64,000 bases of DNA from an uncultured Acidobacteriota bacterium (lineage in GTDB: Bacteria > Acidobacteriota > Terriglobia > UBA7540): NCBI GenBank assembly GCA_963804995.1, contig CAWDSK010000005.1, positions 736,001-800,000 of the forward strand, in the 5' to 3' direction. This document shows positions 16,048 through 25,445 of the stretch, in pieces. A program made the position numbers and the translations under genes. Under the pieces are notes generated by a model. The model saw only the letters and a list, made by a program, of their open reading frames with translations, made no database searches and had not been told where the DNA came from. How positions within the stretch are numbered: position 1 is the stretch's first letter; each line of letters begins with the position of its first letter.

Positions 16048-17430
16048 TTAGTTCGCAGCCTTCGTCCCACCCGGCCAGTGCATGTCGACCGGGCCCTTGT
16101 CGCCGGTAAGTTCGCCCTTCTCCGCGTTCCAGAACACTCGCTGCTTTTCGTGGTAAGAGATATTGGCCATATGGCATGCCACCGCGGTACCGCAGCCAAA
16201 ATCCACATTTTCGATCGGCTGCGTCCGCGTCTTGATAGCCTCGAACCAGTTGCGCATGTGATCCACGGTGCCCTCGGCGGTCTGGCGCATGGATTGCGGC
16301 TGGCGGTGCGGCTGTTTTGCATAAGTACCGACATCCGCCGTCGGGTCGTCCTTGCGCGCCGCGATGAACGCATCCTTGGTGTCCTTGGGCCAGGACTCCA
16401 GCGGATAGCTGAACTCCCATCCCTCATCGTACGGCTTGAACTCTGCGGACTCCTCGGTCAGCACCACCGTACCCTTGTCGCCCATAAAGCGCACAATCTC
16501 ACCGCCGTCCCAGTTGGAGACCAGATTCGCCGTCACCACCACCTGGAAAGTGCCATAGTCGTAAAGCGTGTTGTGGATGTCGGGCACTTCGCGGTCGCCG
16601 GTCCACTTGTAGATGCCCCCGTTCGCGACGCCGCTCAGGGGATACTGGACGTTCATCAAGTAGTGAACACGCGAGAGAAGGTGGACGTACTCGTCGCCCG
16701 CGATGCCGGTGCCGTAGTCCCACCAATTGCGGAACTGGAAGAAGCGCGCGGCGTCGAAAGGCCGCTGGGGCGCATTACCCAGGTAACGCTCCCAGTCGAC
16801 CGTCTGCGGCGTGGCGTCGGGCGGCACGGGATACTTCCACGCGCCCACGGGGTCAGGCCGATAAATCTCGCACTGCACCATGAAGACCTTGCCAATGTCG
16901 CCCGCGTCCAGGTGCTGCTTGCCCCAGGCCGTGGACTGCATGCTCAGGCTCTGGCTGCCCACCTGCACCACGCGGCCGGTCTCTTTTGACACCTTCACCA
17001 TTTCCAGCGCTTCGGGAATGGTATGCGTCATGGGCTTTTCGCAGTAAACATCCTTGCCGGCTTTCATGGCTTCGACGGCAATCGGCTTGTGCCAGTGGTC
17101 GGAAGTGGCAATCAACACGGCATCGACATCCTTGCGATCAAGCACTCGGCGATAGTCACGCGTTGTCGGGGTGTTGGCCTGGATTTCCTGCGCGCGACGG
17201 AGGTGGCCGTCGTAAAGGTCACAGACCATGGCCACATTGGCGCCCGCATCCAACAAGCTCTGCATGTTTTCGAGCCCGCGGATGCCGGCCCCGATCACGC
17301 CCACCATGATCTTATCGTTGGGCAACGTCGCACGGCCAAGTGCCGGCGCCCCGAATCCCAGGCTGGCTGCTGCCGCGCCCCCTACGGTGCGCCCGATGAA
17401 CTCACGACGGGAAATTTCCTGCTTGGACAT
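16048..17430 (-). CDS. Gfo/Idh/MocA oxidoreductase with Tat signal
   Basis: SRREFI twin-arginine; GVIGAGIRG, DHWH and YCEKP motifs. Confidence 0.9.
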   Translation of the reverse strand: MSKQEISRREFIGRTVGGAAAASLGFGAPALGRATLPNDKIMVGVIGAGIRGLENMQSLLDAGANVAMVCDLYDGHLRRAQEIQANTPTTRDYRRVLDRKDVDAVLIATSDHWHKPIAVEAMKAGKDVYCEKPMTHTIPEALEMVKVSKETGRVVQVGSQSLSMQSTAWGKQHLDAGDIGKVFMVQCEIYRPDPVGAWKYPVPPDATPQTVDWERYLGNAPQRPFDAARFFQFRNWWDYGTGIAGDEYVHLLSRVHYLMNVQYPLSGVANGGIYKWTGDREVPDIHNTLYDYGTFQVVVTANLVSNWDGGEIVRFMGDKGTVVLTEESAEFKPYDEGWEFSYPLESWPKDTKDAFIAARKDDPTADVGTYAKQPHRQPQSMRQTAEGTVDHMRNWFEAIKTRTQPIENVDFGCGTAVACHMANISYHEKQRVFWNAEKGELTGDKGPVDMHWPGGTKAAN

Positions 17431-17709
17431 AATTCCTCCTCGCTTAAGGGTCAGAATGCACCAGCGGATTCTAACACAGCGGTGGGTAGGGGCATTCATA
17501 ACCACACATGGACGGGAGGGTTCCCCCACTGACATCACGGTTCAACTGAGCTGACCGGGATTTTATACCGCCGCAAGCGGGAGAGTCTACCCAGGTCTGG
17601 CGCGAAACGACGGAGATGCAATTGTTGGTAAAATCGAGGACTGGCGCGGTCCGCACCGGAAAGAGGCCAACGCTTCTTCCTTTTTAGGAAGCGATTGAGT
17701 TTTGATCAA

Positions 17710-18168
17710 TCATTGATCTTGGTAGACATTCAAGAGCTGTAGCCGCGTGGCCTCAAGGCGCTCCTCGACGACATGCGCGAATCGTTTCAGGAGTTCGTAA
17801 CCCAGATCGTGGTCGCGTTCGGCTTTTTCGCGAAGACACTTTCCATCCGCGGCAAAGGCGCGAGTGCCCTCGATTGTTTGGGCGGAGAACTTCCAACGGT
17901 AAGGAGGAAAAAGCCAAGACCACCCCAGGATTTCACCGGCGTGGAGGGTTAGGATAGTTAGGGGGCCACGTCGTTCGGAATGTATCCGCAGCGCCACTTT
18001 CCCTTGGCGGATCAAGTAGAAATGATTGGCCTCTTCGCCTTCCTGGAAAATAATCTTTCCAGCCTCGAAGCGCACGTTGGAAACACAGCCGACGATGGTC
18101 TCGATGTGTCGCGCGGGCAGATCATGGAAAAACGGATGCGCACTCAGAATACCTTGTAGAGTTTCCAT
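17710..18168 (-). CDS. Stand-alone cyclic-nucleotide-binding domain protein
   Basis: IFQEGEEANHFYLIRQGKV…GEILGWSWLFPPYRWKF; no HTH. Confidence 0.88.
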   Translation of the reverse strand: METLQGILSAHPFFHDLPARHIETIVGCVSNVRFEAGKIIFQEGEEANHFYLIRQGKVALRIHSERRGPLTILTLHAGEILGWSWLFPPYRWKFSAQTIEGTRAFAADGKCLREKAERDHDLGYELLKRFAHVVEERLEATRLQLLNVYQDQ

Positions 18169-18377
18169 GATGCCCCTCCTCCATCGATGGGATCAGATTG
18201 GGTTTTGGTTCTTCCCCCGACCTTGGCGCCACGGCTGGATGCGACTTCCGCCCGTACGCGCCTTTCCTGGGAGGAGGCGGATTTTGTTACGCCCCGCACT
18301 GCGCCCACCCACCTGTTTTAATCCGGTTGCGGCGTAACGCGCCCACACAGAATGGGACTTCGGGTTACCCGAGCCCG

Positions 18378-18836
18378 CTACTTTTCGACCGCCACAAGGT
18401 GCACTGAAAGTGCCTCTACGCGATTCTCGATAATTTGCGCAAATCGTTTCATGAGTTCGTACCCAAGGTCGTGGTCTTCGTCACATCTGGCACAAACGCT
18501 CCTTCCGTCCAAGGAGATGGCCCGTGTGACATCGAGCGCTTTGGCCGTGAATTTCCAGCGGTAGGGCGGAAAAAGCCACGACCATCCGATGATGTCTCCT
18601 TCTTCGAGGGTCATCAGCGTCAAGGGTTCGACACGGTAGGAAACAAGTTGCAATGCCACCCTGCCGTTCCGAATCAGATAACAACGCTGCGCCGGTTCAC
18701 CCTCTTCGAAGATTAAGTCTCCGGGCTCGAACCTCACGACGGTTGCGCTCTCGACGAGGGTTCGGAGATGTTGTTCCTTCATACCCCTAAGCAATGGATT
18801 TTCGCCCAACACCTTCTCTAAAGTTATAGTCTCCAT
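18378..18836 (-). CDS. Stand-alone cyclic-nucleotide-binding domain protein (paralog)
   Basis: IFEEGEPAQRCYLIRNGRV…GWSWLFPPYRWKF; start at ATG 18836. Confidence 0.88.
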   Translation of the reverse strand: METITLEKVLGENPLLRGMKEQHLRTLVESATVVRFEPGDLIFEEGEPAQRCYLIRNGRVALQLVSYRVEPLTLMTLEEGDIIGWSWLFPPYRWKFTAKALDVTRAISLDGRSVCARCDEDHDLGYELMKRFAQIIENRVEALSVHLVAVEK

Positions 18837-18849
18837 GGTTCTCCTCCCC

Positions 18850-19368
18850 TTAAGATTCTTTGTCGACACACTTACCCGTGACGATGGATTTACCGCACGC
18901 TAACTCTTCGAGGGTCTCCTGATACAGCTTTTCCTCGGTAACTTTCTTGGGCGCCAACCCCAAGGCAACCGCCACCCCGTAAAGGATGGCCTCGGGTCGT
19001 GGCGGACACCCGGGAACGTAAAAATCAACCGGAATAACCTTGTCTGCGCCTCCCATCACGTTATAGGTGTCGAACCAGCAGCCGCCTCCCGTCGCACAGG
19101 AGCCGATAGCGAACGTAAGCTTCGGATTGGGAACGGCCTCTACCAACCTCTTGAGCGCCGGCGCAACCTGTCGTGTGACGGGGCCGCTAACCAAGAGGAC
19201 ATCCGCGTGCCGGGGAGAGCCCACGAGCTTGATCCCGAAACGCTCGGCATCATAATAAGGAGTGAGAACATTGATAACTTCGATATCACACCCGTTGCAC
19301 GCCCCGCAGTTGGCGTGGTACACCCAAAGCGCTTTGGGAAACGCCTTCTTGCAGAGACCTTTTAGCAT
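18850..19368 (-). CDS. hyfI: Group 4 [NiFe]-hydrogenase small subunit (HycG/HyfI/NuoB-like)
   Basis: CGACNGCDIE, SPRHAD, GSCATGGG, VPGCPPRP. Confidence 0.9.
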   Translation of the reverse strand: MLKGLCKKAFPKALWVYHANCGACNGCDIEVINVLTPYYDAERFGIKLVGSPRHADVLLVSGPVTRQVAPALKRLVEAVPNPKLTFAIGSCATGGGCWFDTYNVMGGADKVIPVDFYVPGCPPRPEAILYGVAVALGLAPKKVTEEKLYQETLEELACGKSIVTGKCVDKES

Positions 19369-19427
19369 GCTCGCACCTCATGCAAATAGATCAACCACGA
19401 TCGGCTGACGGGAGGCAGAGAATCGCG

Positions 19428-20939
19428 TCACCTTCGCAGGGTAGCCAGCACTGCCGCCGCGCGGTCCAGCAGCGGGTATGGCATTTGGGGGTAAATTCCA
19501 AGCAATCCGCACATTCCCGCCAAAAACACCATGGGGAACCACATTCGCGCCGGCACTTCCCTTACCACCGAGGCGGAGTTACTGCTCGATCCTGGGTCAC
19601 CCCAAAACACTCTGTACGCTGCTCGAACCATCACGACCATGGTCAAAATACTCACCAGGACGGCGATGACTGCCGCCCACCACAACCCGGCTCTGGCGAG
19701 GGCCAAATACACGGTCAGTTTGCTCCAGAATCCATTGAGTGGCGGAAAGCCCGCAATCGCCAGTGCCCCTAGAAAGAAACAGGCGCTCGTGATCGGCATC
19801 TGCTTTCTGAGCCCGCCCAGCTCGCTGATTCGCCGAGCGCCCGTGGCATACATCACTGCGCCCACGCACATGAACAACAGTGACTTGTAAAGCGCATGGT
19901 TGAGTAAGTGAAAAAGGCCGCCATAACATCCCAGGTAAGTCCCAAGCCCGATGCCGACCAGCACATAGCCCATCTGGCTTACGGATGAATACGCCAGGAG
20001 CCGCTTGAGGTCGTTTTGGGGCAAAGCCAGGATGATGCCCAGCAGCATGGTGAACGTGCCCAGCGCCACGAGGAAGATCGTGACCTGAGGCCAGGCGGGG
20101 TAGAAGATGCTCACCGTGCGGGCCAGGGCATACAGCGCCATCTTGATCATCACGCCTGACAGCAGCACGCTAATCGGCGTCGGCGCCTCGGCGTGCGCGT
20201 CTGGGAGCCAGGGATGAAACGGCGCAATGCCCGCTTTGGTCCCAAATCCAATCACGAGAAACGCGATGGCAATCGCCGCCGTGCCGCTGGGTATGAATTG
20301 CACCACGTTGCGGATGTTGCTGATCAGCAGGGCGCTCGCTCCTCCCAGCTTATCCGTGGCCGCCGCACCGGCGTAGAGCAACACGCAACCGAACAGGGCG
20401 AAGGTAATCCCAATGGTGAGCAACATGAGGTACTTGTAGCCCGCTTCCAGCGCGCGGCGGTCCCAATAGAAGGCCACCAGCAGGCCTGAGGTGAGTGTGG
20501 TGGCTTCAATGGCGACGTAGAGCATGATCACGTTGTTGGTGACGCATCCCCATAACATGGTCCCGAGAAACCACATCAGCAGACCATAGAATATGCGAAG
20601 GCGGCGCGCGGTCGTGTCCTTGGCCAGGTGCTCCTCGAGGTATCGTACGGAGTAAATCGAGGTGAGCAGTCCGACCCCGCCGATGATGACCACCATTAAG
20701 GCACTCAAGGCATCGACGCGGAGTTCGCCGCTCCAGGTTGTCAGGACCGCCCCCTGCATGATCCGGTAGGCCATCCAAGCGCTCAACCCGGTGACAAGCG
20801 CCGCTGTACTAACGGATAACCATTGTTGAAAAGCGCGACCCAGGCGCGTTGCCGAGAATATGATTGCGCCCGTCGCTAGCGGCAAGAGGAATATAATCGC
20901 GGGTAGGACGGATGTTTCGTTGAGCGGCTCGCTCGCCAT
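19428..20939 (-). CDS. hyfF: Antiporter-like membrane subunit (HyfF/NuoM-like)
   Basis: LEAGYKY, WLPDAHAEAPTP, LKRLLAYSS; many TM segments. Confidence 0.85.
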   Translation of the reverse strand: MASEPLNETSVLPAIIFLLPLATGAIIFSATRLGRAFQQWLSVSTAALVTGLSAWMAYRIMQGAVLTTWSGELRVDALSALMVVIIGGVGLLTSIYSVRYLEEHLAKDTTARRLRIFYGLLMWFLGTMLWGCVTNNVIMLYVAIEATTLTSGLLVAFYWDRRALEAGYKYLMLLTIGITFALFGCVLLYAGAAATDKLGGASALLISNIRNVVQFIPSGTAAIAIAFLVIGFGTKAGIAPFHPWLPDAHAEAPTPISVLLSGVMIKMALYALARTVSIFYPAWPQVTIFLVALGTFTMLLGIILALPQNDLKRLLAYSSVSQMGYVLVGIGLGTYLGCYGGLFHLLNHALYKSLLFMCVGAVMYATGARRISELGGLRKQMPITSACFFLGALAIAGFPPLNGFWSKLTVYLALARAGLWWAAVIAVLVSILTMVVMVRAAYRVFWGDPGSSSNSASVVREVPARMWFPMVFLAGMCGLLGIYPQMPYPLLDRAAAVLATLRR

Positions 20940-20974
20940 AGGGTCGTCCCTCTGCACTTACCGTTTGACCGCGA

Positions 20975-21649
20975 TTACCACCTTAGTTCCCGCAGCCGAA
21001 ACGTATCCGTGGATCCAAATGCCATTCGTACTCCGCCTATCACGTACAGGAGAAGGAATACGGTCACCACCACTTCCGTCGCGACGCCGAAGAGCGCGGT
21101 TTCCGGCAACCCGGGAGCTAGGCTCACCAGACTCAGGTGTACGCCGTTTTCAAGCAGGCAGAGCCCGATCACCGTTTTGATTGCGTCGCGACGTGTCAGC
21201 ACTGCGTACAGGCCCAGCGCGAAAACCGTGGACGCCACCGCCAGATTCGTTCGGAACACATCGAGTTGCCCCAATGCGGTGGGCGCGAGAAGCGTGGTTC
21301 GAGCGTGGGTGAGATGGAAGAAGCCTAACATCAGCAAGGCGGCGATCACGGCGGAGGGGCCAAAGCCAATCACCGGCTTTAATTCCTTGTCATCCACATC
21401 ACGAATCGCCCGGAACAGGAACCAGGGTGTAAGGATCGCCTTCGTGACCAGGGCGGTGGCAGCCCACCAGTAGAGGGCGTGGTTGACCGCCGCAAAGCTC
21501 AGGAGCAGACCCACAATCAGGAGCGCCTGACAGAGGTAGGCGACAATCGAAAACTTGAGCCGCCGCATCTCCACCGCCGCCACCGAAGTAATCACCAGGG
21601 TCAGGCTCAGGGTCTCGATTAAACTTGCGTGCAGCGCCTCCGGGTTCAT
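20975..21649 (-). CDS. hyfE: HyfE-like membrane subunit
   Basis: Hydrophobic; TKAILTPW and GLCLLENG motifs. Confidence 0.8.
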   Translation of the reverse strand: MNPEALHASLIETLSLTLVITSVAAVEMRRLKFSIVAYLCQALLIVGLLLSFAAVNHALYWWAATALVTKAILTPWFLFRAIRDVDDKELKPVIGFGPSAVIAALLMLGFFHLTHARTTLLAPTALGQLDVFRTNLAVASTVFALGLYAVLTRRDAIKTVIGLCLLENGVHLSLVSLAPGLPETALFGVATEVVVTVFLLLYVIGGVRMAFGSTDTFRLRELRW

Positions 21650-22098
21650 GCCCTTCCTCCGTCCTCGCCACCCCTGAAACCGGTTTTCATCATCCGGTCA
21701 AGCGCCGTGGGGGGCGGGAAGCACCGGCCGCATCTTTGGCAGGGCCCCATGAAAACCTCCAGCCGCATGTACATGTCCTGGGGAGCGTTGGTGGCGGTTT
21801 CGAATTGTTGGCTGAGGCGGATTGCCTTTTCGGGGCAGACTTCTTCGCACCTGCCGCAATACGTGCACCGGCGCCAGAAAAACTCCAGCACCCTTTTGTA
21901 CTGTTCCGCGTCCGACAGCACAATCACGCCGGCCGGGCAGACGTTTGCGCATCCGCCGCATCCGAAGCAGAGATCGGCATCGAGCGTGATCTTGCCGCGG
22001 AACCCGGGTTTGGGATCGTGGGGCGCAAACGGGTATCCGAGGGTCACCCGTCCGGCCTTCAAGCAAATCAGCGCTTCTCGCAGCTTGCTGAGGAACAC
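21646..22098 (-). CDS. hyfH: 2x[4Fe-4S] ferredoxin subunit (HycF/HyfH/NuoI-like)
   Basis: FRGK, CFGCGGCANVCP, CTYCGRCEEVCP, CQRCG. Confidence 0.88.
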   Translation of the reverse strand: MFLSKLREALICLKAGRVTLGYPFAPHDPKPGFRGKITLDADLCFGCGGCANVCPAGVIVLSDAEQYKRVLEFFWRRCTYCGRCEEVCPEKAIRLSQQFETATNAPQDMYMRLEVFMGPCQRCGRCFPPPTALDRMMKTGFRGGEDGGRA

Positions 22099-22122
22099 CG
22101 TAACCTCCTGCCAGTCTCAGTT

Positions 22123-22178
22123 GATGTAGCGCCGACCTTCAGGCCGGCATGTGCTGACCTCAAGGTCAGCGCTACATC
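22123..22178. repeat. REP-like palindrome (GATGTAGCGC…GCGCTACATC)
   Basis: Intergenic inverted repeat with internal hairpins. Confidence 0.7.
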
Positions 22179-22196
22179 CGACGGCCGCGTTCGGCC

Positions 22197-23114
22197 CTAC
22201 TTCCCAATCACCGCAAAGGCCAGGGCGGCCAGCGACGATACCCCGACCCGCATGAAATAACCCATGGCCTGATCGATGCGCAGCCGCGGATTTACGACAT
22301 CGACCAATGTCACCAGCGCCAGCACCACGAGCACCTTCACGATGGTCGTGACGAGATCGATCAGATAGATTCCAGAGTGCGGCCAAGGGAAGAACACTTC
22401 CACCAGCAAGAAAGCGAGCACGAGTTGCTTCACCCACATCGCCCAGCGGAAGAGCGCCAGGCGTGGACCGCTTTGCTCGACCAATGGACCGCCCATGATT
22501 TCCTGGTCGGCCTCGGCAATGTCGAATGGCAACTTGCCAGCCACGGCTTGCAGCGCCAGGAAAAACGCCACGCCCCCTATCGCCATACTGATGCTGGGTC
22601 CGTCCTGCACCTGCCAGTCGGCGATGCCGCCCAGCGCCAAGGTTCTGGCCTTGAACGCCCCCACCGTGAGAGCGATGGCCAGGATGGGTTCAACCGATAG
22701 AAGCATCATCATCTCGCGCGAACTGCCGATCGACGCATAAGGGCTAGCACTGGCAAACCCTGCCAACATAATCGCGACACTGCTCATCGCCGCGACATAG
22801 AGCACCACAATCAAATCGCCGGCGAAGGCGAGCGGCGCGACCGTTCCCATGGGAACCAAGGCGGCAAGCAGCAGCACTGATCCCAGCGTGAAAGCCGGCA
22901 GGCTCGCGTAAACGATTCCACCCGTACTTCGCAGGTCCTCCTTGCCCAGGAGTTTCAAGAGGTCCCAATAGGGTTGCGTGATGGGGGGCCCGATTCGCGA
23001 ATGGATTGTGGCGCGAAGCTTGCGCATAAGGCCTTCCGCAAGTGGCGACAACAACAGAGCGGCCGCCACGTTCAGCAAGCAGAGCAGAAGAATCTTAGCG
23101 AGCCAAACGATCAT
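22197..23114 (-). CDS. hyfC: Membrane subunit HycD/HyfC/NuoH-like
   Basis: RIGPP…DLLKLLGKE, PFDIAEADQE. Confidence 0.9.
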   Translation of the reverse strand: MIVWLAKILLLCLLNVAAALLLSPLAEGLMRKLRATIHSRIGPPITQPYWDLLKLLGKEDLRSTGGIVYASLPAFTLGSVLLLAALVPMGTVAPLAFAGDLIVVLYVAAMSSVAIMLAGFASASPYASIGSSREMMMLLSVEPILAIALTVGAFKARTLALGGIADWQVQDGPSISMAIGGVAFFLALQAVAGKLPFDIAEADQEIMGGPLVEQSGPRLALFRWAMWVKQLVLAFLLVEVFFPWPHSGIYLIDLVTTIVKVLVVLALVTLVDVVNPRLRIDQAMGYFMRVGVSSLAALAFAVIGK

Positions 23115-24817
23115 CGCCGTCCTCCGCCGCGAGGATTCTTTCTGGACATCTCCAGAATCTCCGCGCGGGAATACACCTTGACCTCATTCGTTCTTCGATC
23201 CACTGTCTCCAGGCGTTCCGTGCAGGAAAAACAGGGGTCGAGACTCCCCAGCGTGATCGGCACGTCCGCGATGTTTCCATCGGTGACCATTGCCGGCAGA
23301 GCCTGCAAGTTGGGATAAGTTGGGGCACGTACTCTCCAGCGATACGGCCGATTATCACCGCCCGTCAGCACAAAGTGGACGGCCTCGCCCCGCGGCGCCT
23401 CGACCACCGACACCCCAATTCTCCCCGGCGGTATCGCCTCCTTGATCTCCGTGCAAATTGGCCCCTCGGGGATTGCCGACAGAGCCTCGCGCACCAGGCG
23501 AATGGATTCCATCAACTCGGTGATGCGCACCAGCACGCGCGCCCAGGTATCACCCGCCACCTCGGTGGCAATCCGGGGGGGGAGTTCGTCATACGCCGCG
23601 TAGGGGTGATCGAGCCGCGCGTCGATGGCCACCGCCGAAGCTCTGGCCGGCGGGCCCACGGCACAGGTTTTTTTCGCCCAGTCGTTCGTGAGCACGCCCA
23701 CTCCCTTGGTGCGGGCATGCAGCGTGGTGTCTCCCACCACCGCGTCGCGAACTGCCACGGATTGCTTTTCCACCTCGGCCAGTATCTCCAGGAGCTTGGG
23801 CTTCATTTCATTTGAGAGATCGCGCCGCAGCCCGCCGATGGTATTCATCCCATAGGTTTTGCGGTTTCCGGAGATCTCTTCACAAAGCCACATCACAGGC
23901 TCGCGAATCCGCCAGGTCTGCATGAGCACCGTTTCAAAGCCGATGATGTGCCCGGCAATACCCAACCAGAGCAGATGGGAATGGATACGTTCCAACTCCA
24001 GCATGATCGTGCGGATGAACCGGGCCCGGCGCGGCGCCTCGATGCCCGCTGCCTTCTCCACCGCCTGGCAATAGGCGGTGGAATGAATGAAGCCGCAAAT
24101 CCCGCATATTCTCTCGGCCAGATACGGGATTTCGTTGTAGGTCAAAACGCTGTCACCGAGTTTTTCAATTCCCCGGTGGTTATAGAAGAGGCGGGTGTCG
24201 CATCCCACCACCGTTTCACCTTCGACGAACATGCGCCAGTAGGAAGGTTCCTCCAGGACCGGGAAGAACGGCCCCAGTGGCAACACACTGGCGCCAGCGG
24301 GAGGGTCACGCAGTTGCGGAGCTACATTTTCAGCGCGCGGAGGCCGGTAGTTATAAGGAAAATCCTTGCGCAATGGATAGACGCCCTCCGGCCAGTCGTC
24401 GGCCAGGAGCAGGCGGCGGGGATCGGGATGGCCTTCGGGATGCACTCCGATGGCATCGCGGAATTCCCGCTCCGCCCAATTGGCCCCCGGGATGATCTCG
24501 GTAATCGATTCAATCTTGAGGTCCGTTTCGGACACGGGAGATTCCAGCAGAACGTAGAGATGCGCACGGTCCAGGGAGAAGAGGTGTAAAACTGCGAAGT
24601 TGCCGGTAAGGGATCGGGTATCCGTGCCCACCGAAATCATGAAGCGCGCACCCAACTCGTTGACCAGCGCGTCCACCACCGCTCGCATGGCCTTCTTATC
24701 GATCACGAAGTGAAGGGTATCGGCGTGAGGTTGCGTCCCTGACAGGAAAGCCTCGTCGCTGCGTGCGGCGACTGTTTCCTCAACCTGCGTAACCGTCCGC
24801 TGCTCGGTAATAATCAT
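23111..24817 (-). CDS. hyfG: Group 4 [NiFe]-hydrogenase large subunit (HycE/HyfG, NuoC+D fusion)
   Basis: Ni-binding ERICGICG and DPCFSCTER followed by a cleavable C-terminal extension; GHPDPRRLLL in the NuoC part. Confidence 0.92.
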   Translation of the reverse strand: MIITEQRTVTQVEETVAARSDEAFLSGTQPHADTLHFVIDKKAMRAVVDALVNELGARFMISVGTDTRSLTGNFAVLHLFSLDRAHLYVLLESPVSETDLKIESITEIIPGANWAEREFRDAIGVHPEGHPDPRRLLLADDWPEGVYPLRKDFPYNYRPPRAENVAPQLRDPPAGASVLPLGPFFPVLEEPSYWRMFVEGETVVGCDTRLFYNHRGIEKLGDSVLTYNEIPYLAERICGICGFIHSTAYCQAVEKAAGIEAPRRARFIRTIMLELERIHSHLLWLGIAGHIIGFETVLMQTWRIREPVMWLCEEISGNRKTYGMNTIGGLRRDLSNEMKPKLLEILAEVEKQSVAVRDAVVGDTTLHARTKGVGVLTNDWAKKTCAVGPPARASAVAIDARLDHPYAAYDELPPRIATEVAGDTWARVLVRITELMESIRLVREALSAIPEGPICTEIKEAIPPGRIGVSVVEAPRGEAVHFVLTGGDNRPYRWRVRAPTYPNLQALPAMVTDGNIADVPITLGSLDPCFSCTERLETVDRRTNEVKVYSRAEILEMSRKNPRGGGRR

Positions 24818-24966
24818 GCCCATCTCCTCAGCGCCTGTGCAAAAACGTCGGACTGGAGCAGCAGTCTCTGCGGCTCTGCCGCCCCGCTGTGCGGAAAGGC
24901 TTCGCCTTTCCGGACCACATGTGCCCGAACCAACCTCCTTCGTGCGGAGGTCCATTTGAATCTACT

Positions 24967-25147
24967 TCCCTCGCCCCCTTGGGGGAGAGGGTGGCCCGCT
25001 GCCGGCGCTTTCATCAGCCGGGGCGGGACGGGTGAGGGGGTCTAAACCGTAGGGCCTAATTCCGAATTGGCCCAGTGCATTCATGTCGGTACTAACCCCC
25101 TCACCCACCGCCTTGCGGTTCCCCCTCTCCCCCAAAGGGGCGAGGGC
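24967..25147. repeat. Pair of REP-like elements (CCCTCGCCCCC…GAGAGGG…GGGTGAGGGG family) in inverted orientation
   Basis: Same family at 55324-55720, including the shared tcatcagccggggcgggacgggtgagggg. Confidence 0.75.
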
Positions 25148-25181
25148 AGTAATTTCAAAATAATGCGCCCAGTCCGCACAC

Positions 25182-25437
25182 CGCCCGGCACAGCCGCCCT
25201 CGGACCAGGTTTTGACATGGTAAATCAGCACCACCCCGGCGCTCGGCGCGCCACCCCTCCTCATCTGAGGAGGGGAGCATTTTCGTGATAGCGCCCGGCA
25301 CAGCCGCCCTCGGACCAGGTTTTGACATGGTAAATCAGCACCACCCCGGCGCTCGGCGCGCCACCCCTCCTCATCTGAGGAGGGGAGCATTTTCGTGACA
25401 GCGCCCGGCATAGCCACCCTCGGACCAGGTTTTGACA
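25182..25437. repeat. 110-bp tandem repeat, about 2.3 copies, each full unit with a CCCCTCCTCA-tc-TGAGGAGGGG hairpin
   Basis: Units start at 25182, 25292 and 25402; nearly identical. Confidence 0.9.
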
Positions 25438-25445
25438 CAGGCTCC

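Noticed and set aside
16036..16989. Long antisense ORFs (also 31978-32874, 41136-42173, 46204-47019, 52377-53273, 57770-58615)
   Set aside because: Shadow frames opposite well-supported genes in GC-rich DNA.
25182..25437. Possible CRISPR array
   Set aside because: The whole 110-bp units are near-identical, so there are no unique spacers, and no cas genes are present.
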